A stretch of 64,000 nt of DNA, taken from positions 76,260,001-76,324,000 of the forward strand of contig OZ024741.1 in NCBI GenBank assembly GCA_964016885.1, written 5' to 3'. Position 1 is the stretch's first letter, and each line of letters starts with the position of its first letter. This DNA comes from Eledone cirrhosa (taxonomy: Eukaryota). The notes beneath the pieces are model-generated. The model was not told where the DNA came from. It did no database searches and was given only the letters and a program-made list of their open reading frames with translations. A program made the translations under genes and the position numbers. Shown here piece by piece: positions 13,652 through 29,500 of the stretch.

Positions 13652-15122
13652 TGGAGGGGTGAGTCTGCTAGATTCATTGTGGGTGGGATTCATTGTGGGT
13701 GGGAAATGAAAATGGGCTGAGTGGTGTGGGAATTATGTTAGCAGAAAAATGGGTAGATGAGGTAATCGATGTAAATAGAGTGAACAACAGAATAATAAAA
13801 TAAGACTTGTCCTAAATAGAACTACTGTGACAATAATATCCGCTTACACACCCCAATCTGGACTGCCTGGTGTTATAAAAGACAGATACTACGAGTCGTT
13901 AATGCTCACTACCTCCCAACTAACCGACAGCGACTACATAATTATTGCTGGCGACCTAAATGGTCATGTTGGACTACATTGTGACTGCTATGACGGAATC
14001 CATGGAGGCTATGGGCTTGGTACCAGAAATGAGGAAGGCTTCAGAATTCTGGAATTCTGCGACGCAAATAACCTAACTATTTGTAACACAAACTTCAAAA
14101 AACGAGACAATCACTTGATCACCTATAGATCAGGGGAACACGCCAGTCAGATAGATTATATACTTACCAGAAGACGTGACAAAGTGTACCTTCCAAGAAG
14201 GGAAGCAGAGGAAAGAAAGTTCAAGCATGTTCTACAATGCGAGGACCAAAAACGTGAGGTGTTCAGGATTGCTAGCCAATGTATCAAGGAAAATCGTGAT
14301 ATTGTCGGGGAGAAGTGTGTACATAATGATGATGGTATACTTGCCGTCACTGATACTGATAAGAAGGTAGCTTTGAAGTGTCACTACGAGAGGCTACTAA
14401 ATGAGAATAAGTGGGAAAAAGATAGTCTGCCCCAAATCGATCCAATAGAGGGACCAGCAGTGCAAGTTGAAGGAAGTATAATAAGTAAGGCAATCAAAGA
14501 GATGAAGACAGGCAAAGCAGTTGGGCCTTCGGAGATAGATGCTGAAATGCTGAAAGCATCTGGATCGGTGGGACACACTATGGTCTCTCGGATAGTAAAC
14601 CAAGTCATACAGAATGGGGTTATACCAAATGACTGACGAAGCAGCATCATTAACTGCTACAAGGGTAAAGGCCTTAGACAGGGAAAACTATAGAGGCATT
14701 AAATTAATTGACCAGGTCATGAAGGTTACAGAAAAAGTTAGTGCAACTAATCAGAGAGCGAATTGATCTAGATGAAATGCAGTTTGGGTTTGTGTCAGGT
14801 AAAAGTACCACAGACGCTCTTTTCCTTGTACGACAACTACAGGAGATGTACCTAGCTAAAAGTAAACCCCTATACTTAGCTTTTGTTGACTTGGAGAAAG
14901 CCTTTGACAGTCCCCCGCTCCATTATCTGGTTGGCTCTTAGATAACTAGGTATTGATGAATGGCCCGTGAGAGCTATACAAGCTATGTATAAAGAAACAG
15001 TCAGTAAGGTTAGAATTAACAACGAATGTAGTGAAGAATTTAGCGTAAAAGTCGGTGTTCATCAGGGCTCTGTCCTTAGTATGGGTGCATAAACATGCAA
15101 AGTATGGGTGCATAAAGGATGT
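13652..15122 (+). mobile_element. Older, internally deleted relative of RTE family A
   Basis: Homologous to about 27728-29950 with stops and frameshifts; deletions near 14185 and 15080. Confidence 0.9.
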
Positions 15123-16827
<1,705 letters not shown>

Positions 16828-19548
16828 ATCATCATCATCATCATCATCACCGTTTTACGTCCGTTCTTCCACGCTAGCATGGGTTAGACGGGTTGTCCTG
16901 TTGTGGGCAGTGTCTGGTCGGCTGACCATGCCTTGCTCATACAGGAACTGATCTGGCTTGATTTCTACAGCTGGATGCCCTTCCTAACACCAACCTCATT
17001 TACAGTGAGTGCTGGGTGCTTTTTCGTGGCGCCTACACGTCCACTTTACAGTGTGGGCTGGGTGCTTTTTTGCCGTGGCACCTCCACGACCACCTTGCGG
17101 TGGGGGGGGGGGGGGGGGCATATTGTTTATATGCTTCAGCATGTACCCATGGGAGGTCGGGTACCCTGTATTACTGCGTGACGCCAGAAGTCACGGTCGT
17201 GTGTCATTGACTTTGAGAGGTGTAGTTGGGTAAGGTCGGCTTTTATCACCTCATCCCAAGTCATCTTGGGTCTCCCCACTCCGCGGTTTCCATCAACTTC
17301 TAGTGCTCTGCACCTTTTTATGCAGCTGTCATCCTTCATACGCATCACATGTCCATACCAGCGTAACCGCCTCTCCTGCACGCAGCATTTGATTCCTCTT
17401 ATGCTCAGTCTCTCTCTCAATTCATTTATGCTTTGTCGTTCACGTATATTACTGTTACACATCCATCGGAGCATGCAGGCTTCGTTTCTCTCTAATCTAC
17501 GTAAGTCTTCCACCTTCAGCGCCCAGGTCTCACTACCATGCAACATCGCTGTTCGGATACACGCATCATACAGTCTGCCTTTCATTCTGAGGGAGAAGCC
17601 TTTTGCAGCTAGCAGTGGTAGTAGTTCCCTAAACTTCTTCCATCCCGTTCTTACCCTAGTTATTGTACTTTCTGAGCACCCACCTCCGTTGCTAATTCGG
17701 TCACCTAGGTAGCAGAAGCTGTCTACTGTTTCTACAGGGCCCTCCCAGAGATTGGTGGTACTTGTTTCCTGTGGCTGTTTGCTTGCTGTTTCAGCACAGC
17801 TGCTGCATGTGAATCCTACATTCTTAATTAAGCTTCCTGAGATCCCGCTACATCTCTTGTGTACCCATTGTTTGCATTTGGGGCAAAGAATGGAGTTCCT
17901 ACCTACACCTTTCCTACATACTGAGCAAGGCCATTTCCCTGAGGGGATCTGGGTTCTGTTTTCTCGTCTACTTATAAGGACCTTAGTCTTTGTCATGTTG
18001 ACTTTGAGGCCCTTTCTCTCTAGTCCCTGCTTCCAGGTTTGGAATTTATTCTCTAGTTCTACCATAGATTCAGCTATGAGTGCGAGGTCATCAGCATACA
18101 GGAGTTCCCATGGGCATCCGGTCTTAAACTCCTCCGTTATTGCCTGCAGGGACTATGATGAACAGGAGAGGGCTAAGAACAGAGCCCTGGTGGACCCCAA
18201 CCTGTACGCTAAATTCCTCGCTATACTCATTGCCAATCCTAACTTTGCTGACTGCTCCCCTATACATGGCTTGTACCGCTTTCACAAGCCATTCATCTAC
18301 TCCTAGTTTTCTAAGAGCCCACCAGATTACTGCACGTGGAACTCTGTCAAAGGCTTTCTCAAGGTCGACAAATGCCAAGTAGAGTGGCTTACTTTTAGCT
18401 AGGTACTTTTCCTGTAATTGCCTCACAAGGAAGAGCGCATCAGTGGTGCCTTTCCCTGGTACAAACCCAAATTGCATCTCGTCTATATTCACCCGGTCCC
18501 TAATCAGCTGTGCTATAACTCTTTCTGTTACTTTCATGACCTGGTCCATCAACTTTATACCTCTATAGTTTCCTCTATCTAGTGCATCGCCTTTACCTTT
18601 GTAGCAGTTGACAATGATGCTACTGCACCAATCTTTTGGTATGGCCCCCTCTAGTATTACCTGGTTAACGATACGTGTGGTTATAGTGTGACCTACAGAC
18701 CCAGATGCCTTCAGCATCTCGGCAGCTATACCCGATGGACCGGTTGCCTTCCCTATCTTCATATCTCTGATTGCCTTACTTACTACGCTGCCGCTGACTT
18801 GTACTGCTGGTCCCTCTATAGGGTCTACGTGGGGTAGGGTCTCTTCTTCCCATGCATTCTCCTCATTTAGTAATCTATCATAATGACTCTTCCATGCATC
18901 TTTCTTCTCAGCACTTGTGAGGGCAAGCTCACCTTTATCATTCCGGATACACTTCTCTCCAATGACATCACAACTATCTCTGACACACTGCCTCGCAATC
19001 TTGAATACCTCCTGTTTCTGGTCCTCACGTTGTAAAACATGCTTGAATTTTCTATCCTCTGCTTCCCTCCTAGCTAAGTATACTTGTCGCCTAGCTTCCC
19101 TCTTGGTCTCTATGTAATGTACCCTGCTCCCCCCGTTCTTCCATTCTTTCCATGCCTGTCTCTTGGCCTTGACTGCTTCATCTACCTTATTGTTCCACCA
19201 CCAAGTCACTCTCCTCCTGCTTGAGGTCTTACTCCAGCCACAAACCTCATCCGTCGCCTCTAGTAAGTTATTTTTTAGGAACTCCCAGTTCTCTTCTACG
19301 TTAAATGTCTCTATCTGTTCTTCTTTACTGTCGTAGGCGTTGAGTAAAATATCTTTAAATCTGTTACTGGTTGAGGGGACTTTCAGCTTCCAGATCTTTC
19401 TTCTCCAGGTTGGCCTCTGTTTCAGGGCTCGTCTAGTTCTGACCGTGAGGTCGCTGACAACTAAGCTATGTTGGGATGTACATTCCTCACGAGGGAAGGC
19501 TTTTGTGTTTACGACCGTCCATCTGTCACGTCCTCTGATGAGGATATA
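16828..19548 (-). mobile_element. RTE-clade LINE family B, 5'-truncated, one frameshift near 18150
   Basis: Diverged paralog of family A (WWWNNKV, DLEKAFD, QGSVLSP, same PHD insert KWPCSVC..CPKC..HKRC..CSSC); (GAT)n tail. Confidence 0.93.
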
Positions 19549-19620
19549 TATATATAATATATATATATATAATATATATATATATAATATATATATATAT
19601 AATATATATATATATAATAT

Positions 19621-19665
<45 letters not shown>

Positions 19666-19834
19666 TATATAATATATATATATATATATAATATATATAT
19701 ATATATATAATATATATATATAATATATATATATATATATAATATATATATATATATATAATATATATATATAATATATATATATATATATAATATATAT
19801 ATATAATATATATATATTATATATATATATATAT

Positions 19835-21922
19835 ATCATCATCATCATCAATGTTTAACGTCCGTGTTCCACGCTTGCATGGGTTTGGACGGGGGTAGTC
19901 CCACTTGAGGCAAGAGTGATTGTCTTGCTCGCATAGGACTGTCTGGCAGGTTTTCTACAGTTGGATGCCCTTCCTAACACCAACCACATTTACAGTGTGG
20001 GTCTGGGAGGTTTTTACCGTGTTGCCTACACGGCCACATTACAGCGTGGACTGTGTGTTTTTTTGTCGTGACACCTACACGATCTCATTTGTTTCGGCCT
20101 GGATGGCGCGGCACCAACATAACTTTACATAGAACGGGGTGGTGTGGATGGGGTGGGGGTGGTGGCGGGACGGGGTGTATTTTGTTAGAGATGCCTACTG
20201 GCAAGGCGGGTCTTCTCTGTTACTGAGTACCTCCAAAGGTCTCGGTCCAGTGACATTGTCTTGGAGAGGTGTAAGTGTGTGAGGTCGGAGTTTATCAGCT
20301 CATCCCATGTTTTTCTAGGTCTGCCTATTCCGTGGCTACCGTCTATCTTTATTGCCCTGCACTTTGTTATACAGCTATCGACTTTCATGCGCATCACGTG
20401 TCCATACCAACGCAGCCTTCTCTCGAGTAAACAACATCTGATCCCTCTTATCTCTAATTTTTTCCTTAGTTCGTTTATGCTTTGCCGTTCACGTATATTA
20501 CTGTTACACATCCAGCGGAGCATGCAAGCTTCGTTCCTCTCTAGTCTGCGTTTATCCTCTGCACACAATGCCCAGGTCTCACTACCATGCAACATTGCTG
20601 TTCGTATGCAGGCATCGTACAACCTGCCTTTCATTTTTAGGGAGAACCCTTTAGCAGCTAATAGTGGTATAAGCTCTCTGAACTTTTTCCAACCAGTTTT
20701 GACTCTAGCTACAGTACTTTCAGAGCACCCTCCCCCACTGCTGATTTTATCGCCCAGGTAACGGAAGCTGTCCACTATTTCTATAGAACCCTCTGCGCAA
20801 TTGAAAGAGCTAGTATTTTGTGGGCACTTGCTGCTACTTATTGCACCAGAACACCGGCCACATGTAAAATCTATGTTCTTAGTTAGCTTACCTGTGATCC
20901 CACTACATCTTTTATGCACCCATACTTTGCATTTAGAACATAAAATGGAGTTTCTACCTACGCCTTTCCTACACACCGAGCACGACCATTTCCCAGAAGG
21001 GACCGCCGCCTTGTTTTCTTTCCTACAAACTAGAACTTTGGTCTTAGCCAGGTTAATTTTAAGTCCTTTTGACTCTAGGCCGTGCTTCCATGTTTGGAAT
21101 TTCTTCTCTAGCTCGGCCATTGATTCCGCTATGAGTGTCAGGTCGTCTGCGTATAGGAGTTCCCATGGGCAGCCTGTCTTGAACTCCTCTGTTATAGCCT
21201 GAAGGGCAATAATAAATAGTAGGGGGCTGAGAACAGAGCCCTGATGGACGCCAACTTTTACGCTAAACTCTTCACTATATTCGTTGTTAATTCTAACCTT
21301 GCTGACTGTTTCTTTATACATGGCTTGTATAGCCCTCACAAGCCATTCGTCAACGCCTAGTTTTCTAAGAGCCCACCAGATAATGGAGCGGGGGACTCTG
21401 TCGAAGGCTTTCTCCAGGTCGACAAAAGCTAAGTAGAGGGGTTTACCTTTAGCTAGGTACTTCTCCTGTAGTTGTCGTACTATGAAAAGGGCGTCTGTGG
21501 TGCTTTTGCCTGACACAAACCCGAACTGCATTTCATCTAGGTCAATTCTCTCTCTGATTAGTTGCGCTATTACTTTTTCCGTGACCTTCATGACCTGGTC
21601 GATTAATTTAATGCCTCTATAGTTACTCCTATCTAGGGCGTCTCCTTTACCCTTATAACAGTTAACGATGATGCTGCTATGCCAGTCCTTCGGAACAACC
21701 CCATTCTGTACGACTTGGTTAACTATGCGGGTGACCATGGTGTGTCCCACCATGCCAGATGCCTTCAGCATCTCAGCAACTATTTCCGAAGGCCCAGCCG
21801 CCTTACCCGTCTTCATATCCTTGATTGCCTTACTTATTATACTCCCCTCGACTAACACTGCTGGTCCCTCTATCGGGTCGATATGGGGGAGACTGTCTTT
21901 CTCCCATTTATTCTCCTCATTT
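19835..21922 (-). mobile_element. RTE family A, copy 2; 5'-truncated, remaining ORF open (20185-21858)
   Basis: Near-identical to 28931-31014; (GAT)n tail. Confidence 0.95.
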
Positions 21923-21987
21923 TTATATATATAATATATATATATATATTCTCCTCATATATATATATACATTTATTCTCCTCATAT

Positions 21988-22122
<135 letters not shown>

Positions 22123-22270
22123 GTATTTTCCGTTGTGTTGTAATATAAATATTACACACAGTAGATTATCAGCTCACGTAGAGTTTGCTCGACGGTTCCA
22201 GTTGTAGTTCCAAAAGTAATCCGGAGAAAAATAGAAAGATTTGAATGGATACAGTTTAGTTGAAAGGAAT

Positions 22271-22387
22271 TTATTGACACGTGTTTCTATAACAGTTACA
22301 TAACCTAAAACAGCTATCTACAAACTTTTAGTTATGCAGACATTCAATATTTCAATGTTATTATTTACTGTCATTTCATCAGAATAA
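22271..22387 (-). ncRNA. Hammerhead ribozyme with extended, branched helix II in the PLE pLTR
   Basis: Minus: TTATT-CTGATGA-A-ATGACAG-[two inner hairpins]-CTGTTAT-A-GAAAC-ACGT-GTC^AATAA(A). Palindromic ACACGTGT; GUC cut site abuts AATAAA. Confidence 0.8.
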
Positions 22388-22967
22388 TATTACTGAGGAC
22401 CTATTTAGTTTTTATAGAGAATATTAGGAGGAAGGGGTGAAGTTGTTAGAAGAATAGTTGAAGGAGTGGTTTTTCGATAGCAGTGAGAATTCTTGGTGGC
22501 AGTGATTAATTAGATTCCCATCTGTTGTTTTGACATTTTTTATAGAATATATTATTGGTTATTTTTCTAAATCTATAGAAGGATTAGAGATAGTAAAGAT
22601 ATGCGTGGTTGGTTTTGTGTTTGCACTTAACATTCAGACTTAAATTTTTCTTTCAAGTGTACGTATTCTTTCACCCACGCATTCACACACAAATATATTT
22701 GCACACCTCTACAAAATACATATACTCACAATTCACATATTCATACTTACATATATATACACATGCATACACATATATATACACACATGTATTCATGTAC
22801 ATACATACGCGCTCATGTGTATACATTTTCATACTCAACTTATCTTTATATATACACACGTATAGACACACACATATATACATACATACTCTAGTCCATG
22901 TGTACACACATACACATCCATATACACATACATACATACACATATATATATACATATATACATATAC

Positions 22968-23000
<33 letters not shown>

Positions 23001-23023
23001 CACATACACATATACACACATAT

Positions 23024-23056
<33 letters not shown>

Positions 23057-23325
23057 AGCACTTTAATACATGAATACACTTACATCTAACTATACACATC
23101 AAACATATATATATATTTACTTATTTATATACATTTTCACATATATATACATACTTATGGACGTTTTTAGACACATTCATTATCGCATATTTGTACCTAT
23201 TCTCATCAGCATATCTTTTCATTATTAGTATGGTAATTTAAGGTTATTAATATATGTTGAAAAGAGATTGTTTTTATATTTTTCTAACTAGATTAAGGTT
23301 TATATAGTTGGGGGATGTCCCTCTT

Positions 23326-25647
23326 TTATGTAATATTTGGCTTGTAGTGGGAAAAAAGGGTTTTAGTTCTGTGACGGCAGAATAATGTTCGTTCAATTCT
23401 GTTATTCAGCAGTTTCTTCTTGTGTGTGATTATGTAATAAATCTCAAGATTACACAATTTGCAGAAATTTTGGCTCCTGGAAAAGCTTTGGGTTTTAGCT
23501 AATTTTTCCCATTTTAGGGTAAACTTTTGATTGCTATCCCTGAGCGTCCAAGCTTTCTCTGCTAAAGTTGTTACATTTCTTTGGCTCTGGTGTTTTATTG
23601 AGTAAGAATGCCTATACAATCGAGATTTAAACGATGTTGCCGTTGATCCCACGTAATACCACTCGTTGCCTCCGGATTTAATGGTACACTTATAAATAAT
23701 ATTTTTTTCCAGGCAGTTATTGCCGAGGGGGCAGTTGTCAGGGTAGGTGCAGTTACAGTTGTGTACGTTGGGTTTTCTCTGGAGTAGTATTGCGGACGAA
23801 CTTAGGTGTGGTTTATTTATGTTCTGTAGTGTATTGTCTACTGTTTTTTTGGGGTTCTTTGTACTTAAGTTCTTAGTGTTTTCGTTTAACCTTCTAGTAT
23901 TGATCTTTTTTATGTGTTGTTCAAGGTTTAACGCTGTAGAGTATGACAGTCTTATAGTGGTAGGGTTTAGGATTTTGTGGTATTTGTGTGATGTGGGAAA
24001 ATGTCTTTTAATTATTTTAAAGAAGAGTACTGGTAAATTTGTACTAATGGAGCTATTGTATTCGGGGTTATACCATAAGTACTCTTTGCATCGCTTTCTA
24101 TTAGTTTTGTTTGTTGGTTTACTGGTGTGCATACTATGGTAGTAAGTGTGGTTTGGTGTTGTGTTATTATATCTACCTATGTGGGATTTATTTTGGGTGT
24201 TTTGATTGTTCCCATCTATGTACTCTATTTTGTTGAGGTAGCCTGCTTTACTAAGGGCGTTATCGTAGTACTCGGCGTGTTCCTTAAATACTTGTATGTT
24301 AGAAGATAGACCCGAGATTCTAAGGGAAATATTTTTAGGGATAGATTTAATTATAGAGATGGGGTGGTTAGACCCAACATTTACGTATTTGAGATTTTCA
24401 TTCAATTTATGAAACGGTTTAATCAAACCAGAGTTTAAATTGAGTGTGACATCCAGGAAGTTAACTACTTTAAGGTTGTATTCATATGTTATAGTTAGTC
24501 CTATTTCGAGTAGTAGTTTTCTTATATCTTTGCGTAGTTTTTCTAGTTTTTGGTTATTAAGGTTTTTAGCTAGGAGGAGAACATCGTCGCGGTATATTCC
24601 GCCGTGGAGATTGCTGAATTTTTCCTGGAGTCTAAAGGCGATAAATAACCCCACAATATCAGTTATTTCCGCCGAATCGTTAGAGCCCATTGTTATGTCA
24701 AAGTTAGAGGGTCTATCTTTACGTACCCAATAACTGTTCTCAAATTTGACTATAGTTTTCCTAGCTTCTAATATAATCTTAATTTCATCGTTTGTAAGGT
24801 CGGAGTTATCCTTAGCAAACTTAATGGCTCTATTCAAAGTTTCAGGTGATATCGATGAGTAATATTCATCGATATCAAACTGGATAAACTTAGATTTATT
24901 CTTATTGCTAATGCTATTAAACCATCTTATTGCTTCTTGGGTCCTCCCCCAGAGTTTAATGTTAACCTTAGCCTTAATTTGGGGGATGATTCTATCTAAG
25001 ATATATTTGCTTATTTTACCTATATCTGATTTAGAGGGGCAGATTAATCTAATTTTAGGGTCATTATCAAAGTTTACCTTGTGGTCCTTAAGATTGAAAG
25101 TGGGTACCGCCGGTAAGAGTGGTCCTGTCCTATCTTCGATTCCGAGATTTTTCACTATTTCGCATGCCTCATCATTGATGTGCTTAAGGGTTACTTCACT
25201 CGTTTTTCTATATTTTTTATGTAATTCTTTTCGAATGAAGTTGTTGTATGTAGTGCAATCCATAGTGTACAGGTTTGATGTTATGTCCGCTTTTACTACA
25301 ATTCCTTTGGTGTTTTTAAGGTCGTCCAGTAGTTTTTTTATATCTTTCTGTAATTTGCTGTTGGTGTTGCGTCCTTTGAATTTAATTTTAAGGATTAAGT
25401 TCATAAGGTCCTGCTCAAATGCATCTAATAGTGGGTTGGTGGGTGGGTTTTTACAAGTCCTAAAACCGAATTTTTTGTTTACACCACTTTCTAATGTTGA
25501 GTTCATACGGCTTCTATCATAGTGGAGCGTTTTCCACCTGACACGTCGAATGAATTCATTAGTTTTTTGAATCGTGCTCAATAAATATTCCTTTCTACCT
25601 TGGGTTGGTATGTTTTTGAGTGACATATCCAGGTAGTGTTTTTCCAT
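23326..25647 (-). CDS. Penelope-like RT plus GIY-YIG endonuclease, 773 aa, uninterrupted
   Basis: RT motifs QFDIDEYY, ITMGSNDS, IYRDD, NFLDV; linker CNCTYPDNC (CxCx5C, typical of the Naiad clade); GIY-YIG NIIY..YYVGST..RLYRH; C-terminal CKLC..CRH. Confidence 0.93.
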   Translation of the reverse strand: MEKHYLDMSLKNIPTQGRKEYLLSTIQKTNEFIRRVRWKTLHYDRSRMNSTLESGVNKKFGFRTCKNPPTNPLLDAFEQDLMNLILKIKFKGRNTNSKLQKDIKKLLDDLKNTKGIVVKADITSNLYTMDCTTYNNFIRKELHKKYRKTSEVTLKHINDEACEIVKNLGIEDRTGPLLPAVPTFNLKDHKVNFDNDPKIRLICPSKSDIGKISKYILDRIIPQIKAKVNIKLWGRTQEAIRWFNSISNKNKSKFIQFDIDEYYSSISPETLNRAIKFAKDNSDLTNDEIKIILEARKTIVKFENSYWVRKDRPSNFDITMGSNDSAEITDIVGLFIAFRLQEKFSNLHGGIYRDDVLLLAKNLNNQKLEKLRKDIRKLLLEIGLTITYEYNLKVVNFLDVTLNLNSGLIKPFHKLNENLKYVNVGSNHPISIIKSIPKNISLRISGLSSNIQVFKEHAEYYDNALSKAGYLNKIEYIDGNNQNTQNKSHIGRYNNTTPNHTYYHSMHTSKPTNKTNRKRCKEYLWYNPEYNSSISTNLPVLFFKIIKRHFPTSHKYHKILNPTTIRLSYSTALNLEQHIKKINTRRLNENTKNLSTKNPKKTVDNTLQNINKPHLSSSAILLQRKPNVHNCNCTYPDNCPLGNNCLEKNIIYKCTIKSGGNEWYYVGSTATSFKSRLYRHSYSIKHQSQRNVTTLAEKAWTLRDSNQKFTLKWEKLAKTQSFSRSQNFCKLCNLEIYYIITHKKKLLNNRIERTLFCRHRTKTLFSHYKPNIT

Positions 25648-25843
25648 TGTTGTGGTTGCGTTTGCTGTGTGGGTTGCTCGACTTTACAGGAGGTAAATAT
25701 ACAGTATTTTCCGTTGTGTTGTAATATAAATATTACACACAGTAGATTATCAGCTCACGTAGAGTTTGCTCGACGGTTCCAGTTGTAGTTCCAAAAGTAA
25801 TCCGGAGATATATATATATAATATATATATATTATATATATAT

Positions 25844-25877
<34 letters not shown>

Positions 25878-25946
25878 ATATATTATATATATATAATATA
25901 TATATATATTATATATATATATATATATTATATATATATAATATAT

Positions 25947-26056
<110 letters not shown>

Positions 26057-26089
26057 TATTATATATATATATATATATAATATATATAT

Positions 26090-26123
<34 letters not shown>

Positions 26124-26193
26124 ATTATATATATATATAATATATATATATTATATATATATATTATATATATATATAATATATATATATAAT

Positions 26194-26225
<32 letters not shown>

Positions 26226-26334
26226 ATATATATATAATATATATATATAATATATATATATATATAATATATAATATATATATATATATATAATATATAT
26301 ATATATTATATATATATATATATAATATATATAT

Positions 26335-26365
<31 letters not shown>

Positions 26366-26410
26366 ATATATATATATAATATATATATATATAATATATA
26401 TATATAATAT

Positions 26411-26465
<55 letters not shown>

Positions 26466-26487
26466 TATATATAATATATATATATAT

Positions 26488-26535
<48 letters not shown>

Positions 26536-26542
26536 TATATAT

Positions 26543-29500
26543 AATCTTGCAGTTTTGCTTTTTGTTACTCGCTGGTAAACATTCATAACCTTCCAGCTAG
26601 CTACCCGACATTCAAAATCCTTCCCATTCTTAATTCTATCGTATCCTCCAATTCCCTAATTCTATCGTATTCTCAAACAAAAAAACAAAAAAACAAAAAA
26701 AAACAACAAAATCCTTTCCATTCTACTTCTTATAATTTACTTTAAATATATATATCATGCTACCTCGAAAGTCAAAAATCCCGCTCATACACCCTTCACC
26801 CACCATTTTCTTCACGAGGGGTTGCGGTCAGCCACTCTCTCTCTCTCTCTCTCCCCCTTCCCACTCTCTCTCTCTCTCTCTTAGCTACACACACACACAC
26901 ATATATATATAAGATAAATTCCCGTTCATGTTTATTCACTTTCGCCAAACAATTGCTGCTTCAACTACCCCTACTACGGTGTAACCATGTAATCGTAACG
27001 TTCACGTTTTTCCTATCTCCTCCACACACCACAATTTCGTACATAGACCAAACATCCAATCCCGCAAAATCCGAAATCTGTATTTTTTTGTTATTTATTA
27101 AGGTTTAAATACGGTGTTTTTGTCGTATTGAACAGAACAAATCTTGCAGTTTTGCTTTTTGTTACTCGCTGGTAAACATTCATAACCTTCCAGCTAGCTA
27201 CCCCACATCCCTCCCACCCGCCCCCACACACCACCATTCTTAATACGTGGACCAATCATAAGCCAGAGACCCCCCCCACACGCATCACCATTATTACTAT
27301 AAGCCAGAGACCCCCCCCCCACACACGCATCACCATTATTATTATTACGCGGACCAATCATAAGCCAGAGGCCTATACTATCGCTTGCACGGTTGCCTTC
27401 GATATATGATGGATGGATGGATGGACGGACTGCGGAATCCTGGAGAGTGGAAGGGAGAGAAAAATCTGGACGCTCAGAGCGAAAATGCCAATGCTAAAGT
27501 CAAATTCACCTCGTGGACGAGAATGCGAGCACTCTTCTTTGTTTCGCCCGCGGATGGCTAACATAACCCCATCTCCCCCCGCCCCACACCACCCCCACCC
27601 TCCAAACGCGATCCAAAACTTCAGAGTTGGTACCATAAATGTAGGCACCCTAAAGGGGCGCGCTAACGAGGTTGTAGAAATGCTTGAACGTAAGGAGGTC
27701 GATGTTTGTTGTATTCAAGAGACCAGGTGGAGGGGTGGGTCTGCTAGATTCATTGAGGGTAAAAAACGATGTTATAAGCTTTTCTGGGTGGGAAACGACG
27801 ATGGGCTGGGTGGAGTAGGAATCATGGTAGCAGAAAAGTGGGCGGATAAGATAATAGACGTAAATAGAGTGAACGACAGAATAATTAAAATACGACTTGT
27901 CCTCAATAGAACTACGGTGACAGTAATATCTGCGTATGCACCCCAATCCGGACTGCCCGGCACTATAAAAGACAGATTCTATGAGACACTGATGCTCACT
28001 ACCTCCCAAATATCTGACAGTGACTATATAATTATTGCAGGCGACCTAAATGGTCACGTTGGGCAACATTGTGACGGCTACGACGAAATCCATGGAGGCT
28101 ATGGGTTTGGTACTAGAAATGAGGAAGGCTCCAGAATCCTGGAATTCTGTGATGCAAATAACCTAACTATCTGTAACACTAACTTCAAAAAACGTGACAA
28201 TCACCTGATCACCTATAGATCCGGGGAACACACAAGCCAGGTAGATTATATCCTTACCAGAAGACGTGACAGAGTGTCTGTTGTAAACACTAAATCCCTC
28301 CCCCATGAAGAATGCACCTCCCAACATAGACTGATAATTAGCGACCTCATAGTCAGGTCGAGACGTACTCGACAGCAGAAGAGGACTATCCTCAGGAGAA
28401 AAATATGGAAGCTAAAGGACCCCACAGCCAAAAATAAATTTCAAAACATATTACTTGATGCTTTCGACAGTAAGGAAGAACACTTAGAGTCGGACAATAT
28501 AGAGGGACAGTGGGAATTTCTGAAAGCAAACCTGCTGTTGGCCACAGACGAAGTCTGTGGCTGGAGCAGGCCTGTAGGCAGGAGGAGAGTAACATGGTGG
28601 TGGAACAGTAAGGTGGAGGAGTCAATTAAGGCCAAAAAGCAGGCTTGGAAAGTATGGCGGGATGGGGGAAGTAGAGTAGACTATCAAGTGGCCAGGAGGG
28701 AAGCTAGGAGAGAAGTGTACTTAGCAAGAAGGGAAGCTGAGGAAAGAAAGTTCAAGCATGTCCTACAACGCGATGACCAAAAACGTGAGGTGTTCAGGAT
28801 TGCTAGGCAATGCGTCAAGGAAAACCGTGATATTGTCGGGGAGAAGTGTGTACTTAACGATGATGGCATACTTGCCATCACCGACACTGATAAGAAGGCA
28901 GCTTGGAAGTGTCACTATGAAAGGCTACTAAATGAGGAGAATAAATGGGAGAAAGACAGTCTCCCCCATGTCGACCCAATAGAGGGACCAGCAGTGTTAG
29001 TCGAGGGGAGTATAATAAGTAAGGCAATCAAGGATATGAAGACTGGTAAGGCGGCTGGGCCTTCGGAAATAGTTGCTGAGATGCTGAAGGCATCTGGCAC
29101 GGTGGGACACACCATGGTCACCCGCATAGTTAACCAAGTCGTACAGAATGGGGTTGTTCCGAAGGACTGGCATAGCAGCATCATCGTTAACTGTTATAAG
29201 GGTAAAGGAGACGCCCTAGATAGGAGTAACTATAGAGGCATTAAATTAATCGACCAGGTCATGAAGGTCACAGAAAAAGTAATAGCGCAACTAATCAGAG
29301 AGAGAATTGACCTAGATGAAATGCAGTTCGGGTTTGTGTCAGGCAAAAGTACCACAGACGCTCTTTTCATAGTACGACAACTACAGGAGAAGTACCTAGC
29401 TAAAGGTAAACCCCTCTACTTAGCTTTTGTCGACTTGGAGAAAGCCTTCGACAGAGTCCCCCGCTCCATTATCTGGTGGGCTCTTAGAAAACTAGGCGTT

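Noticed and set aside
27470-27570. Possible HDV-like ribozyme at the RTE 5' end (cacctcgtgg, ggctaa)
   Set aside because: Could not assemble consistent P1/P2/P3/P1.1 pairings by eye; needs a descriptor search.
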